Source of the DNA: Gemmatimonadaceae bacterium
GTDB lineage: Bacteria > Gemmatimonadota > Gemmatimonadetes > Gemmatimonadales > Gemmatimonadaceae
DNA: 33,176 nt
Direction: 5' to 3'
Assembly: GCA_044224875.1 (NCBI GenBank)
Contig: JBGAJQ010000060.1
Span: 1 to 33,176 of the forward strand
Shown: positions 9,052-19,558 of the stretch, one piece after another
Layout: each line of letters begins with the position of its first letter
Numbering within the stretch: the stretch's first letter is position 1
Program-made: the position numbers and the translations under genes
The notes under the pieces: generated by a model
Databases searched by the model: none
What the model was told of the DNA's origin: nothing
Seen by the model: only the letters and a program-made list of their open reading frames with translations

Positions 9052-10173
9052 TCACGGAGTTAACGCGGGGCCTGAAGTCTCGAGCCAAGAGCGAAGGACG
9101 GCAAACGGATCCTTGGCGTCGCGGGCCACGCGGGCAATGACCGCAATGCTCTTCCGCAGGTCTCCGTGGTTGCGTGCGAGCACTTCGTCGAAGAGCCAAA
9201 GGTCTGCCGCGTACACCTTGTGCGCCAGCAGCGACGCATTATCCAACGGAATACGTTCCAACGCGCTTCGCGGATAACTCCGCATGGTTGGCGCGAGGTC
9301 GTCCAGCAGGACTCGTCGCAGGCGTGCGTACACGGTGTCGCGCGAGGCGAGCCGCGCCCCCTGATCGTCAGGGTGCGCGGTGAACGCCGAATCGATCGCA
9401 TGCTGCGCCGCACTCCAGAACGACGCCATGAGCTTCTCGTCCTCCCATCGCCGCTCCGCCCTGGCCGCAGCGGCCGTGGACCCACGGGCTCGAAAAAAGG
9501 CCACCGCGCCGCGCCCGCCGACAAAACTGGCCAGCGACTCATTGAACGTCACCTGACTGGGTACGAACACCGTATTGTGCGTTAGTTCATGCATCACGGT
9601 GTTGGCCAGCGATAGGGTGTCCAGCTCGAGGGTGGTGGAAAGGAGTGGATCGTTGAACCAGCCTAACGTGGACAATGCGCTCGCGGGTCGTACATAAGTG
9701 TCCATCCCGCGTTTCTGCAGCTGTGCGGCCAAGCCTAACGCCGCGCTGAAGTCGAAGAACCCCTTGTAAGGCACGCGTCCGACGATCGGAAACCACCAGG
9801 TATACGGCACCAGCTGGTCCTTCGGTGCCGCGGACACCACCAGGACCAACGTGTCGTGATCGAGTTGCGTGTACGTGGTGAAGCTCTCCTCGGCGTGGAG
9901 TCCCAGGTCGCGTGCCGCGAACGTGCGCGCGTCCAAGACGAGTTTGAGCCGCGCACGCGTCGCCGCATCCGTCGCCGTGTCCGCAATGACGCGTGGTATC
10001 GGCCGGCGACGAAGGAGAATTTTCCCCTCTTCCCACGCACCTCGGAGCAGGTAGCGTCCGGTTGGCATCGCGACAAAACCGAGGGACAAGGCGGCAACCG
10101 CAAGCCCCGTCCATCGAGCCACACGGTGCATCGTACGTCGCTTCGTTTTGTGCGGCTCAGACGAATCGATCAT
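9052..10173 (-). CDS. Putative zinc aminopeptidase (PF10023-like)
   Basis: HELTH (HExxH) followed by FNESLA; family-typical WWFPIVGRVPYKGFF and STLGWFNDPL. Start could be 10131. Confidence 0.85.
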   Translation of the reverse strand: MIDSSEPHKTKRRTMHRVARWTGLAVAALSLGFVAMPTGRYLLRGAWEEGKILLRRRPIPRVIADTATDAATRARLKLVLDARTFAARDLGLHAEESFTTYTQLDHDTLVLVVSAAPKDQLVPYTWWFPIVGRVPYKGFFDFSAALGLAAQLQKRGMDTYVRPASALSTLGWFNDPLLSTTLELDTLSLANTVMHELTHNTVFVPSQVTFNESLASFVGGRGAVAFFRARGSTAAAARAERRWEDEKLMASFWSAAQHAIDSAFTAHPDDQGARLASRDTVYARLRRVLLDDLAPTMRSYPRSALERIPLDNASLLAHKVYAADLWLFDEVLARNHGDLRKSIAVIARVARDAKDPFAVLRSWLETSGPALTP

Positions 10174-10285
10174 GACAGACGGCGGAGGGCCACGAGCGGC
10201 GATCAGGTGAAGCGAGCCGCTCCGGCCTCAGAGCCTCGGTGACGGGACCGAAGGCCCGACACACGCTGGCCGAGCGGCAAACTTG

Positions 10286-10314
10286 ACGTTAGCGAGTGTC
10301 ACGTCGATACCCAA
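10286..10314 (-). promoter_or_regulatory. Candidate sigma70 promoter upstream of the aminopeptidase
   Basis: TTGGGT, 17 nt, TAACGT (same -10 as the SusC promoter). Predicted start site falls at the base of the 10216-10278 hairpin. Confidence 0.4.
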
Positions 10315-10324
10315 CGTCAGAGCC

Positions 10325-11749
10325 TCAGCGCTTTTTTGCGGGGGACCCCGTCTCGTCTGGTGGGCGTACGATGTGTTCGGCCTCGCCCCATCGGGGAGCC
10401 ATCAGCGGGCGTGCCCAGCCCTCGTAATCGCGTTGCAGCCGCGCGACCACCTCGGGATTCTGGGCTGCGAGATTCTGGTGCTCCCCCATGTCGTGTTGCA
10501 GGTCATAGAGGCGGACCGGCTCGCCAGCGTACTGCACGAGTTTCCAATCCCCGTCTCGCACCGCCGACATGTCCCCCAAACGCCAATAGAGGCGACGGGG
10601 CGCCGGCGTCTCGGACGGGCACTCCCATAACGGCGACACCGACAGACCGTCGAAGCTGACCGCGGGCTTGGCGCCGACAGCTGCAAGCACCGTGGGCACC
10701 ACGTCCAGGGAACTGACGGGCGCGTCGACCACCGTCGCCGGCTGGATGTGCCGTGGCCAACGCATGAGCATCGGCACGCGGACACCACCCTCATTCACCA
10801 ACCCCTTGAGTCCCGAGAGTGAGCCGTTCGAGGCCTTCACGCTCATGGTGGCACCGCCGTTGTCGTTCATGAACAAGACGATGGTTCGATCGGCGACACC
10901 CGGCGCGCTCAGGGCGTCGAGTATCTGACCAACACCGTCGTCCATCGCGAGAAGTGTCGCGGCGTACGCACGCCGATCCGGATCGGCGATCGCGGACAGG
11001 CGTTGCAGCCGCGCGCGGTCCGGCTCGAGCGGTGCGTGGACAGCGCTGTACGGCACGTACAGGAGGAACGGCGCGGACTGGTGCCGACGAATGAAGTCCA
11101 CCGACTCGCGTGTGATGGCATCCGTGAGGTATGTGTGCTCGCGGGCGCGCGCGTTTCCGCGCATCAGGGCGCCGCGGAATTGGATAAGACTGGCGCGATA
11201 TGAATGCGTGGCGCCGACAAAACCGAAGAACTCGTCGAAACCGCGAGCCAGTGGGAGGTTTTCGGGACTGAAGCCCAGGTGCCACTTGCCTACGACTCCC
11301 GTCGCGTACCCCTCGCCCCGCAACAACTCCGCCAGCGTAGGCACGTCGGATGGAATGCCAAAGTCGCGACTTTGGCGCTCCGGGCCCGGATTGAACTCAT
11401 GGCCCCATCGCTGCGGGTATCTCCCAGTCAGCAGTCCCGCCCGCGAAGGTGAACACAACGGCGAGACCGAGTACGCATTCGTGAAGCGCGCACCTTCCTT
11501 CGCGATTCGATCGATGTTAGGCGTCGGAATGTCGGTGCTGCCTTGAACGCCAAGGTCGGCGTAGCCCAGATCGTCAGCGAGAATGATCACCACGTTGGGT
11601 TTGGCGTCGGACGCGACCGCGCGCGGGACCGCCGGCACCGCTGGACGCGGCTCGCCCCGCCCTCGCGAGGAGTCCGACCCGCACGCGAGCAGTAGAAAAG
11701 CGATGGCGATCTTCGACGCCCTGGACACGCCGTCCAAGTGTTTGGTCAT
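10325..11749 (-). CDS. Sulfatase (Cys/FGly type), probable lipoprotein
   Basis: PNVVIILADDLG, CSPSRAGLLTGRY, GKWHLG, NDNGG, EGGVRVP. Lipobox LLAC if started at ATG 11749 (ORF track extends to 11920). Confidence 0.9.
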   Translation of the reverse strand: MTKHLDGVSRASKIAIAFLLLACGSDSSRGRGEPRPAVPAVPRAVASDAKPNVVIILADDLGYADLGVQGSTDIPTPNIDRIAKEGARFTNAYSVSPLCSPSRAGLLTGRYPQRWGHEFNPGPERQSRDFGIPSDVPTLAELLRGEGYATGVVGKWHLGFSPENLPLARGFDEFFGFVGATHSYRASLIQFRGALMRGNARAREHTYLTDAITRESVDFIRRHQSAPFLLYVPYSAVHAPLEPDRARLQRLSAIADPDRRAYAATLLAMDDGVGQILDALSAPGVADRTIVLFMNDNGGATMSVKASNGSLSGLKGLVNEGGVRVPMLMRWPRHIQPATVVDAPVSSLDVVPTVLAAVGAKPAVSFDGLSVSPLWECPSETPAPRRLYWRLGDMSAVRDGDWKLVQYAGEPVRLYDLQHDMGEHQNLAAQNPEVVARLQRDYEGWARPLMAPRWGEAEHIVRPPDETGSPAKKR

Positions 11750-11908
11750 TCGCTGGGTGATTCCTGGAGCAGTTGTCGTGGGGTTTCGACTTCCGAGTTG
11801 ACGCGCTGCCGGTCGCCGTGTGTGCTGCATGTTATGCGCCAGTCTCGGGCATTCGGCGAGGCTGATGGCGCGGCCAGTATCGCCACACCGGCCCCCGAAG
11901 CGGCCAGT

Positions 11909-11931
11909 TATGCAAAGCACTATTTTGCATA
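11909..11931. promoter_or_regulatory. AT-rich palindrome between the divergent sulfatase and dnaE (putative TF site)
   Basis: TATGCAAA-N7-TTTGCATA, perfect 8-bp arms. Confidence 0.5.
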
Positions 11932-11965
11932 GACTTAGCTACACGGCCGATAACGATTTCGCCTT

Positions 11966-11994
11966 TTGCGGGCGGGTCGTTTTCGCGATATGTT
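11966..11994 (+). promoter_or_regulatory. Candidate sigma70 promoter for a leaderless dnaE transcript
   Basis: TTGCGG (11966-11971), 17 nt, TATGTT (11989-11994); ATG at 12002 lies 7 nt downstream with no Shine-Dalgarno. Confidence 0.5.
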
Positions 11995-12001
11995 CCCCGG
12001 G

Positions 12002-15000
12002 ATGTCTTTTGTTCATCTCCATTGTCACTCCGAGTACTCGCTGCTCGATGGCGCAAACCGCATCGATGACCTGATTGCGCGCGCCTTGGAGTTTGAGCAA
12101 CCGGCGCTGGCCATCACCGATCACGGCAACCTCCACGCGGCCTGGGAATTCCAAGAGAAGGCGCGTAAGGCGAAGCTGCGCCCCATCATCGGCATGGAGG
12201 CGTACGTCGCCCCCGGGGACCGGCGCATCAAGGGGCGTCCCAGCCAGGCCACAAAGCCGTACTACCACCTAGTCCTGCTGGCGCAGGCCTCGACCGGGTA
12301 CCGCAACCTCGTCAAGCTGTCGTCGCTGGCGTACACAGAAGGTTTTTACACGCGGCCACGCGTGGACCGTGAGCTTCTCGAGCGGTTTGGTGAGGGGATT
12401 GTGGTCTCCTCGGCGTGCATGGCAGGGGAAATCGCCACGCATCTGATGGCCAATCGGTGGGACGAGGCGACGGCGGCCGCTGGCTGGTACGCCGAGCACT
12501 TTCCGGGGCGTTACTACCTGGAGGTGCAGGCGCACGACAGTGACGGGCAGCAGGAACTGAACCGCCGCGTGTTCAAGCTGGCGGAGCAAGTGGGCCTGCC
12601 GGTGGTGGCGACGAATGACTCCCACTTCCTCAAGGCCACCGATCACGACGCACACGATGTCTTGCTCTGCATCGGTTTGGGGAAGGACCGGGACGATCGC
12701 GATCGCATGCGATACGACGGGGGTCTTTACTTCAAGAGTGCCAGCGAGATCGCCGCCAAGTTTCCGGGACGTCCCGACGTGCTCGAGAACACCGTCGCGA
12801 TCGGCGAACGGTGCGGCGTGGAGTTTGGCAAGAAGTATCATGTCCCCTCGTTCCCGTTGCCGGCGAACGCGGCCAGCGAAAACGACCTGTTGGTGCAGCT
12901 GGCGACGGACGGAGCGAAGGAACGATATGGCAATCCCCTTCCCGCTCACGTCGACGAACGCCTGCAGTACGAGCTGGAGGTCATCACCAAGACCGGGTAC
13001 GCCGGCTACTTCCTGATTGTCGCCGACTTCATCAAGGCTGCGAGAGACCGCGGCATCCCGGTGGGACCGGGACGCGGCAGCGCCGCGGGGTCCCTGGTGG
13101 CGTACGGCCTTCGCATCACCGATGTCTGCCCGTTGAAGTTTGACCTGCTGTTCGAGCGCTTCCTGAATCCCGAACGCGTGTCCATGCCGGACATCGACGT
13201 CGACTTCTGCTTCGAACGTCGCGGTGAGGTGATCGAGTACGTCCGTGAGAAGTACGGCAAGGATGCGGTGGGGCAGATCGTCACCTTCGGCACCATGAAG
13301 TCGCGCGCCGCGGTCAAGGACGTGGGGCGCGTGCTCGGCTTCACGCCGGCCGAAACGGACGCACTGGCCAAGCTCATTCCAAACCAGCCGAACTTCTCCC
13401 TCACCGTCCAGGAAGCGGTGGAGAAGGTGCCCGAGGTCCGCAAGCTCTATCGCGACGACGAGCGGTATACGCAGCTCCTGGACTTCGCGATCGCGCTCGA
13501 AGGTTTGTCGCGGCACACCGGCGTTCACGCTGCGGGTGTGGTGATCGCTCCGGGCCCGCTGGACGAGTATGTGCCGATCTGCACCCAATCGTCCAAGGGG
13601 GCGGGGGCTGGATCGGAAGAGACCGTCATCGTGACCCAGTACGACATGAACTGCCTGGAGAAGGCAGGCATGCTCAAGATGGATTTTCTGGGCCTAACGA
13701 CGCTGACGATCCTGCACGACACCCTCGTGGCGATCAAGGCTCGGAGCGGACAGGAGATCGACCTCGACGCCATTCCCTACGACGATCCCGAGACCTATCG
13801 CATGCTGCGATTGGGACGCACCGTGGGGGTGTTCCAATTCGAGTCCCCGCTGGCCACGGACATGTTGCGGGCCATGCGCTGCGACCGCTTCGATGACCTC
13901 GTCGCCTCCAACGCGTTGATGCGACCCGGACCGCTCGATGCGGGCATGCACAAGGTGTATCAGCGTCGGAAGCGTGGCGAGGAACCGGTGGTGTACGCGC
14001 TGCCAGAATTGGAAGCAATTTTGCAGCCCACCTATGGCGTCATCACCTATCAGGAACAGGTGATGCGGATTGCCCAGGTGCTCGCCGGCATCTCCCTCGC
14101 CGAAGCCGACGTGCTGCGCAAGGCGGTCGGCAAGAAGGACGCCGACCTGATCAAGCAGGAGCTGGACAAGTTCATCAGCAAGGCCGTGGCGCGCGGCTAC
14201 AAGCGGGACATCATCGAGGAGCTGGCCGCGCAGATCGAGACCTTCGGGCGCTACGGCTTCAATAAGTCGCACTCCGTCGCGTACTCCGTCCTGTCCTTCC
14301 AGACGGCGTGGCTCAAGTGTCATCATCCGGCCGAGTTCATGGCCGCCGTGCTGTCGGCCTCGATCGGCGACACGGACAGTGTCGTGAAGTTCATCAACGA
14401 AGCGCGGGAAGTTGGCCTCGAAGTGCTTCCGCCCGATGTGAACGAGTCGGGCTACAAGTTCACGGTAGTCGGAGACCGCCGCATTCGATTCGGCCTTGGC
14501 GCCGTGCGCAACGTGGGCCGAGGCGCCATCGACTCCATCCTGACGGCGCGCGCCAAGGGGCCGTTCGTCTCATTGTTTGACCTGTGCGAGCGCATCGACC
14601 TCCGCCTGTGCAACAAGCGGGTGTTCGAGGCCCTCATTCACTCTGGCGCCCTCGACACGTTAGGCGGGCATCGTGCCCAGTACGGCGCCATCCTGGATTC
14701 GGCGTTGCAGGAAGCGGCGCTCCGGCAGACGGAACGCGAGACCGGCCAGGGAACCCTCTTTGGGGAGATCGACCCGGCGAGCACCAACGGCGCCAAGGGG
14801 ACCACGCTGACGCTGCCGAACGTCGCTCCGCTGTCGGAATCGGAGCGACTCACGCGAGAGAAGGAAATCCTCGGTTTCTATATCTCCGGTCACCCGCTCG
14901 AGCCCTATCGTGCCGAGTGCGAGCTGCTGGCGTCCCACACCGTGTCCCAGCTGGGGACTTGGCAGGAGGGGTCGCTGTCGCTCGGAGCGGTGGTCACCGC

Positions 15001-15520
15001 CGTCAAACGGCAGGTATCGAAGAAATCCGGGGCGGAGTTTGCCAGAATAACCGTTGAAGATTTCTCGGGTTCGGCCGAGCTTCTGGTGTTCCCCGAGGCA
15101 TGGGCGGCTATTTCCGACCGGGTGCGGACGGACATTCCGCTTCTGATCAAAGGAGGCTACTCTCGTCGGGACCAGGGAACGGACAATCCCACGTTCATCG
15201 TGGAGCAGGTCCGTCGGTTCGAAGAGGTGCGGCTGGAAGGACAGATTTCGGTGTCGATCGAGCTGGCCAACACCGAGGGAAATGGCGGCACCGCCGGGAA
15301 CGGTCGTGAGCAGCTCGTGCCCGGCCTGATCGCCGACGTTCGTACGGTCATTGAGGCGCACCCTGGGGCCGCTCCGGTCGAGGTGCGCTGGACAGATGCT
15401 GATGGATCGCGAGTGCGACTGCGGTCGCGCTCACTCAAACTGGCGGCTACCAGTGCCGCGCTTGGTGAACTGCGTGCGCTCCTCGGCAACGAGCGCGTGC
15501 GCCTTGTACGCGGAGGGTGA
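12002..15520 (+). CDS. dnaE: DNA polymerase III alpha subunit
   Basis: PHP domain start [29 protein letters not shown], catalytic [24 protein letters not shown], and C-terminal OB fold. Confidence 0.98.
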   Translation: MSFVHLHCHSEYSLLDGANRIDDLIARALEFEQPALAITDHGNLHAAWEFQEKARKAKLRPIIGMEAYVAPGDRRIKGRPSQATKPYYHLVLLAQASTGYRNLVKLSSLAYTEGFYTRPRVDRELLERFGEGIVVSSACMAGEIATHLMANRWDEATAAAGWYAEHFPGRYYLEVQAHDSDGQQELNRRVFKLAEQVGLPVVATNDSHFLKATDHDAHDVLLCIGLGKDRDDRDRMRYDGGLYFKSASEIAAKFPGRPDVLENTVAIGERCGVEFGKKYHVPSFPLPANAASENDLLVQLATDGAKERYGNPLPAHVDERLQYELEVITKTGYAGYFLIVADFIKAARDRGIPVGPGRGSAAGSLVAYGLRITDVCPLKFDLLFERFLNPERVSMPDIDVDFCFERRGEVIEYVREKYGKDAVGQIVTFGTMKSRAAVKDVGRVLGFTPAETDALAKLIPNQPNFSLTVQEAVEKVPEVRKLYRDDERYTQLLDFAIALEGLSRHTGVHAAGVVIAPGPLDEYVPICTQSSKGAGAGSEETVIVTQYDMNCLEKAGMLKMDFLGLTTLTILHDTLVAIKARSGQEIDLDAIPYDDPETYRMLRLGRTVGVFQFESPLATDMLRAMRCDRFDDLVASNALMRPGPLDAGMHKVYQRRKRGEEPVVYALPELEAILQPTYGVITYQEQVMRIAQVLAGISLAEADVLRKAVGKKDADLIKQELDKFISKAVARGYKRDIIEELAAQIETFGRYGFNKSHSVAYSVLSFQTAWLKCHHPAEFMAAVLSASIGDTDSVVKFINEAREVGLEVLPPDVNESGYKFTVVGDRRIRFGLGAVRNVGRGAIDSILTARAKGPFVSLFDLCERIDLRLCNKRVFEALIHSGALDTLGGHRAQYGAILDSALQEAALRQTERETGQGTLFGEIDPASTNGAKGTTLTLPNVAPLSESERLTREKEILGFYISGHPLEPYRAECELLASHTVSQLGTWQEGSLSLGAVVTAVKRQVSKKSGAEFARITVEDFSGSAELLVFPEAWAAISDRVRTDIPLLIKGGYSRRDQGTDNPTFIVEQVRRFEEVRLEGQISVSIELANTEGNGGTAGNGREQLVPGLIADVRTVIEAHPGAAPVEVRWTDADGSRVRLRSRSLKLAATSAALGELRALLGNERVRLVRGG

Positions 15521-16491
15521 ACGTGGCGAGCACCCCAACGCTGGAATTTGAACGCCCCATTGCCGAGCTCGAGAAGCAGATCGACGAGTTGAAGAAGCTG
15601 GCGGACGACCAAAAGCTGCCGGTGGACTCCGATCTTGCCCCACTCGAGAAGCGGCTATTCCAGTTGCGGCAGCAGGTCTATCGCAACCTGACGCCGTTGC
15701 AGCGGCTACAGGTTGCGCGCAGCAACAAGCGTCCATTCACGTTGGACTACATCCGGCTCTGCTTCACGGACTTCATCGAGCTGCATGGCGATCGTGCCTT
15801 TCGGGAAGACGCCGCTATTGTCGGGGGCTGGGCGCGTCTGGAAGGCGAAACGGTGATGGTGATTGGCCATCAACGGGGACGCGACACCAAGGAGAACCTG
15901 AAGCGGAACTTTGGCATGCCGCATCCGGAGGGGTACCGCAAGGCGCTCCGACTGATGAAGCTGGCGGAGAAGTTTCACGTGCCGGTCGTCACCATGATCG
16001 ACACCCCGGGCGCCTGGGCTGGCCTGGGCGCCGAGGAACGCGGGCAATCGGAGGCCATCGCCCGGAACCTGCTGGAGATGAGCAGCCTGGAAACACCGAT
16101 CATCGCCACCATCATTGGGGAAGGAGGATCCGGCGGTGCATTGGCGTTAGGCGTGGCGGACCGCGTGCTGATGCTGGAAAACGCGGTGTACTCGGTGATC
16201 ACGGTCGAAGGGTGCGCCGCCATCCTGTGGAAGGACGGCAAGAGCCCCGAGATGCGCGAGCGCGCGGCCGGAGCGCTACGCATCACCGCACCTGACCTGC
16301 TCGACCTCAAGATCATCGACGAGATTGTCCCCGAGCCCTTGGGCGGTGCGCACGCGAACCACGCCGAGGCCGCCCAGTCCCTGCACGACGCCCTCGTGAA
16401 GCACTACGAGGACTTGCGGCGCTTGAAGCCGGACAAGCGTGTCCGGCGCCGGCGGGAGAAGTTCCTGAAAATGGGGCAGTTCATCGCCTAG
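15517..16491 (+). CDS. accA: Acetyl-CoA carboxylase carboxyltransferase alpha subunit
   Basis: [41 protein letters not shown]. Abuts the dnaE stop; GTG 15523 is an alternative start better spaced from GGAGG. Confidence 0.97.
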   Translation: MNVASTPTLEFERPIAELEKQIDELKKLADDQKLPVDSDLAPLEKRLFQLRQQVYRNLTPLQRLQVARSNKRPFTLDYIRLCFTDFIELHGDRAFREDAAIVGGWARLEGETVMVIGHQRGRDTKENLKRNFGMPHPEGYRKALRLMKLAEKFHVPVVTMIDTPGAWAGLGAEERGQSEAIARNLLEMSSLETPIIATIIGEGGSGGALALGVADRVLMLENAVYSVITVEGCAAILWKDGKSPEMRERAAGALRITAPDLLDLKIIDEIVPEPLGGAHANHAEAAQSLHDALVKHYEDLRRLKPDKRVRRRREKFLKMGQFIA

Positions 16492-16501
16492 ATTACCACG
16501 G

Positions 16502-17761
16502 GTGCCGCAACTCATCGAAGTCGCATTCAAGGGGAATCGCAAGGAGTTCTTCCTTTGGGAAGGCGAGGAGCCCCCGCCGCTCAACGCCTCGGTCGTGGTG
16601 GACGCCGACCGGGGTGAGGATCTCGGGCGCGTGCACGCCACGGGCACGCTCGCTGAGCAACGCGCGAAGGGCACGGCGCACGGCCTCATCCTTGGACCGG
16701 TGGAACGCGCGGCCCGACGCCTGGCCACGGACGAGGAACTCAACCGCCTCCGTGAACTTCGTGACGATGATGAGAGTGTGCGGCAGAAGGCCATGGAGCG
16801 CGTGCGCGCGAACGCCCTGCAGATGAAGCTGACGGACGCCGAATGGCGGTGGGACCGGCGCAAGCTGACGATCTACTTCACGGCGGAAAAGCGCGTGGAC
16901 TTCCGCAACCTCGTCCGCGAGCTGGCATCGCTGTTTCGCACGCGCATCGAGTTGAAGCAGATCGGCGTGCGGGACGAAGCGCGGCGGCTGGGTGGTATTG
17001 GGCGCTGTGGGCGCGAATACTGTTCGGCGTCGTGGCTGCCAGAGCTGCGTCCCGTGAACCTGGGCGTGGCCAAGGACCAGCGACTGTCCCTCAATCCCTC
17101 GCAGATCTCCGGTGCGTGTGGCCGACTGATGTGCTGCCTGCGCTACGAGCACGACTTTTACGTCCAGCAGCGCAAGAAATTCCCGAAGGAAGGCAAGAGC
17201 GTCGTGACCACGAAAGGCGAGGAGAAGGTGGTCTTCAACGACATCTTCCGAGAGCGTGTGACCCTGCGCAGCGTGGAAGGCGAGATGCGTATCCTGGCGT
17301 TAGGCGACCTGCGCAAGGAGATGGGGGGCGTTGGACCGGTCTCGGAAAGCGGCACGGTCTACGAGACACCGGCGATTGCCGTGGAAGGGCTGACGGACGA
17401 AGTCATCCGTTTGCAGGACACGTCCGAGCTGCCGGCCTGGATGCCGCGATCGGCCCTCGGCGTCACGCCGCGCGACTTGCCCGTGATCGAAGCGAGTCCT
17501 CCAGACCTCGAGGAGGACGAAGAGGACGAAGGTGAGATTGACGAGGGCGGTGAGTCGCGAGACGACACGCCACGTGACGCCAGCGCCCCTCCAGACGGGA
17601 ATGATCGACGCGCCCCCGGCGGCGGGCCGGCTTCCGGACGCCGTCGTCGTGGTCGGCGCGGGGGGCGCGGTGGACGACGCGGAGGCCGCGGCGGCCGCTC
17701 GCCCGACAGCGGCAACGAGGGATCGCCCGGCGGGTCGGGCCCCGGAGACCAGCGTCCTTGA
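16502..17761 (+). CDS. ricT: PSP1-domain protein (RicT/YaaT family)
   Basis: YFTAEKRVDFRNLVRELA, RIELKQIGVRDEA, GRCGREYC and ISGACGRLMCCLRYE (Fe-S cysteines), plus a long acidic/RGG tail. Confidence 0.9.
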   Translation: MPQLIEVAFKGNRKEFFLWEGEEPPPLNASVVVDADRGEDLGRVHATGTLAEQRAKGTAHGLILGPVERAARRLATDEELNRLRELRDDDESVRQKAMERVRANALQMKLTDAEWRWDRRKLTIYFTAEKRVDFRNLVRELASLFRTRIELKQIGVRDEARRLGGIGRCGREYCSASWLPELRPVNLGVAKDQRLSLNPSQISGACGRLMCCLRYEHDFYVQQRKKFPKEGKSVVTTKGEEKVVFNDIFRERVTLRSVEGEMRILALGDLRKEMGGVGPVSESGTVYETPAIAVEGLTDEVIRLQDTSELPAWMPRSALGVTPRDLPVIEASPPDLEEDEEDEGEIDEGGESRDDTPRDASAPPDGNDRRAPGGGPASGRRRRGRRGGRGGRRGGRGGRSPDSGNEGSPGGSGPGDQRP

Positions 17762-17780
17762 CCTGCGAGACGAACGACTC

Positions 17781-19325
17781 GTGAGCGCACAGCGGTTTTA
17801 CCTGACGACAGCGATCGACTACGCCAACGGTGACCCGCACCTGGGACACGCGTTCGAGAAGATCGGCACCGACGTCATTGCCCGGTATCACCGGTTGCGC
17901 GGTGACGACGTGCACTTCCTGACGGGCATGGATGAACATGGCCAGAAGGTGGCGCAGACCGCCGCGGACCGTGGCATCGCCCCCCAGGCATTCGTCGACG
18001 AGATCGCGAGCCACTTCCAGGCGATGTGGAAGCGCCTGAACATCTCGTACGACCAGTTCATCCGCACCACGGACGCGCCACATAAGAGTGGCGTGCGTGC
18101 CCTCATCAAGCGCATCGAGGCCTCCTCGCCCGACGACTTCTACGAGCGGACCTACGAGGGCTGGTACTGCGTGGGCTGCGAGCTGTTCAAGCGCGAAAAC
18201 GAGATCGCCGATGGCCGCTGTGTCATCCACCCTACCCGTCAGCTGCAATGGACGCAGGAGCGCAACTGGTTCTTCCGCCTGACCCGGTACCGTCCGTTCC
18301 TGGAACGGCTGTTTGCCGAACGGCCGGAGTTCCTGCAGCCTGAGTCGCGCCGCAACGAGATGCTGGCCCTGCTGGAGGGCGGACTGGAGGACATCTCCAT
18401 TACCCGCTCTCGGCTCACTTGGGCCATTCCCTTCCCCATCGCCTCCAGCGATGGAGAGGCACAGGGCACGTGGGTGTGGTTCGATGCCTTGCCAAACTAC
18501 CTGACGGCCACTGGCTATCCGGATTCGGTGTGGAAGACCCGCTGGCCCGCCGACCTGCACGTCATCGGCAAGGACATCACGCGCCTTCACGCGATCGTGT
18601 GGCCCGCCATGTTGCAGGCGGCGGAGCTTCCGCTCCCGCGCCGGGTGTGGGCCCACGGTTTCGTCCAGCTCGGCGGCGAGCGCTTCAGCAAGTCGGCTGG
18701 CGTGAGGTTGGAGCTGTCGGAGGCGATCGACCGGTTTGGCGTGGATGCGTTCCGGTACTTCCTCATGCGCGAGGTGCCGTTCGACACCGACGGCAACTTC
18801 TCGTGGGAGCGCTTCGAGGAGCGCTACAACGCGGACCTGGCCAATGCCCTGGGCAACCTGGCCTCACGGTCGATCGCCATGGTCGAGAAGTACTTCAACG
18901 GCGTCGTTCCCGGCGCGGCCAAGTCAACGCTGGACGCTGCCGACAGCGCGGATGTGGAGGCCTATCACGCGGCCATGGACGGTCGGCGCGGCTACCTGCT
19001 CCACGAAGGACTGCAGGCGGTTTGGCGGAGTGTGGCGCGTGGCAACGAATACGTCGACCGGCAGGCCCCGTGGAAGCTGGCCAAGGATCCGGCGCAGCGC
19101 ACCGCGTTGGAGGAGACCATGGCGTCGCTGGTTCGCCACCTGGCGCGCCACGCGGTGCTCCTGTTTCCGTTCATGCCGGACAAGGCACAGGAGCTGTGGA
19201 GCCAGCTTGGCGCCCCAGGCGAGGTCAGTGCCCAACGACTCCCTGGCCTCATGGAGCTTGATCCGGCCGGTTGGAAGGTGGCGAAGGGGGCTCCCCTCTT
19301 TCCCAAGGATCAGCCCGCCAAGTAG
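17781..19325 (+). CDS. metG: Methionine--tRNA ligase (short form, no C-terminal tRNA-binding domain)
   Basis: FYLTTAIDYANGDPHLGH (HIGH), TGMDEHGQK, YCVGCE knuckle, VWFDAL, IGKDI, and RFSKS at the KMSKS position. GTG start 17781. Confidence 0.96.
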   Translation: MSAQRFYLTTAIDYANGDPHLGHAFEKIGTDVIARYHRLRGDDVHFLTGMDEHGQKVAQTAADRGIAPQAFVDEIASHFQAMWKRLNISYDQFIRTTDAPHKSGVRALIKRIEASSPDDFYERTYEGWYCVGCELFKRENEIADGRCVIHPTRQLQWTQERNWFFRLTRYRPFLERLFAERPEFLQPESRRNEMLALLEGGLEDISITRSRLTWAIPFPIASSDGEAQGTWVWFDALPNYLTATGYPDSVWKTRWPADLHVIGKDITRLHAIVWPAMLQAAELPLPRRVWAHGFVQLGGERFSKSAGVRLELSEAIDRFGVDAFRYFLMREVPFDTDGNFSWERFEERYNADLANALGNLASRSIAMVEKYFNGVVPGAAKSTLDAADSADVEAYHAAMDGRRGYLLHEGLQAVWRSVARGNEYVDRQAPWKLAKDPAQRTALEETMASLVRHLARHAVLLFPFMPDKAQELWSQLGAPGEVSAQRLPGLMELDPAGWKVAKGAPLFPKDQPAK

Positions 19326-19558
19326 TCGCTGCACGCTTCCCAAGGGAGGACATGCCCCGGACGGTAGGATCGAGCGGGCGACGGCCCAGAGGACCAGAGA
19401 GCGTTACGCTCCCGGCGGGTGGAGCGGCAGTGCTTGCGAGACCGCGTCAGGACTCGTATTTCAGCCGGATTGAGCCGTGAGCCATCGCACCGCGCCCAAG
19501 CGAGCGCGGCGCCATCGTCCTCCTCCGGGGCCGATCGGGCCGCGGCTAGCCAGTCGAA

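Noticed and set aside
19352..19480. Small ORF after GGGAGGA downstream of metG
   Set aside because: The SD-like sequence is only 1 nt from the ATG and the peptide has no features.
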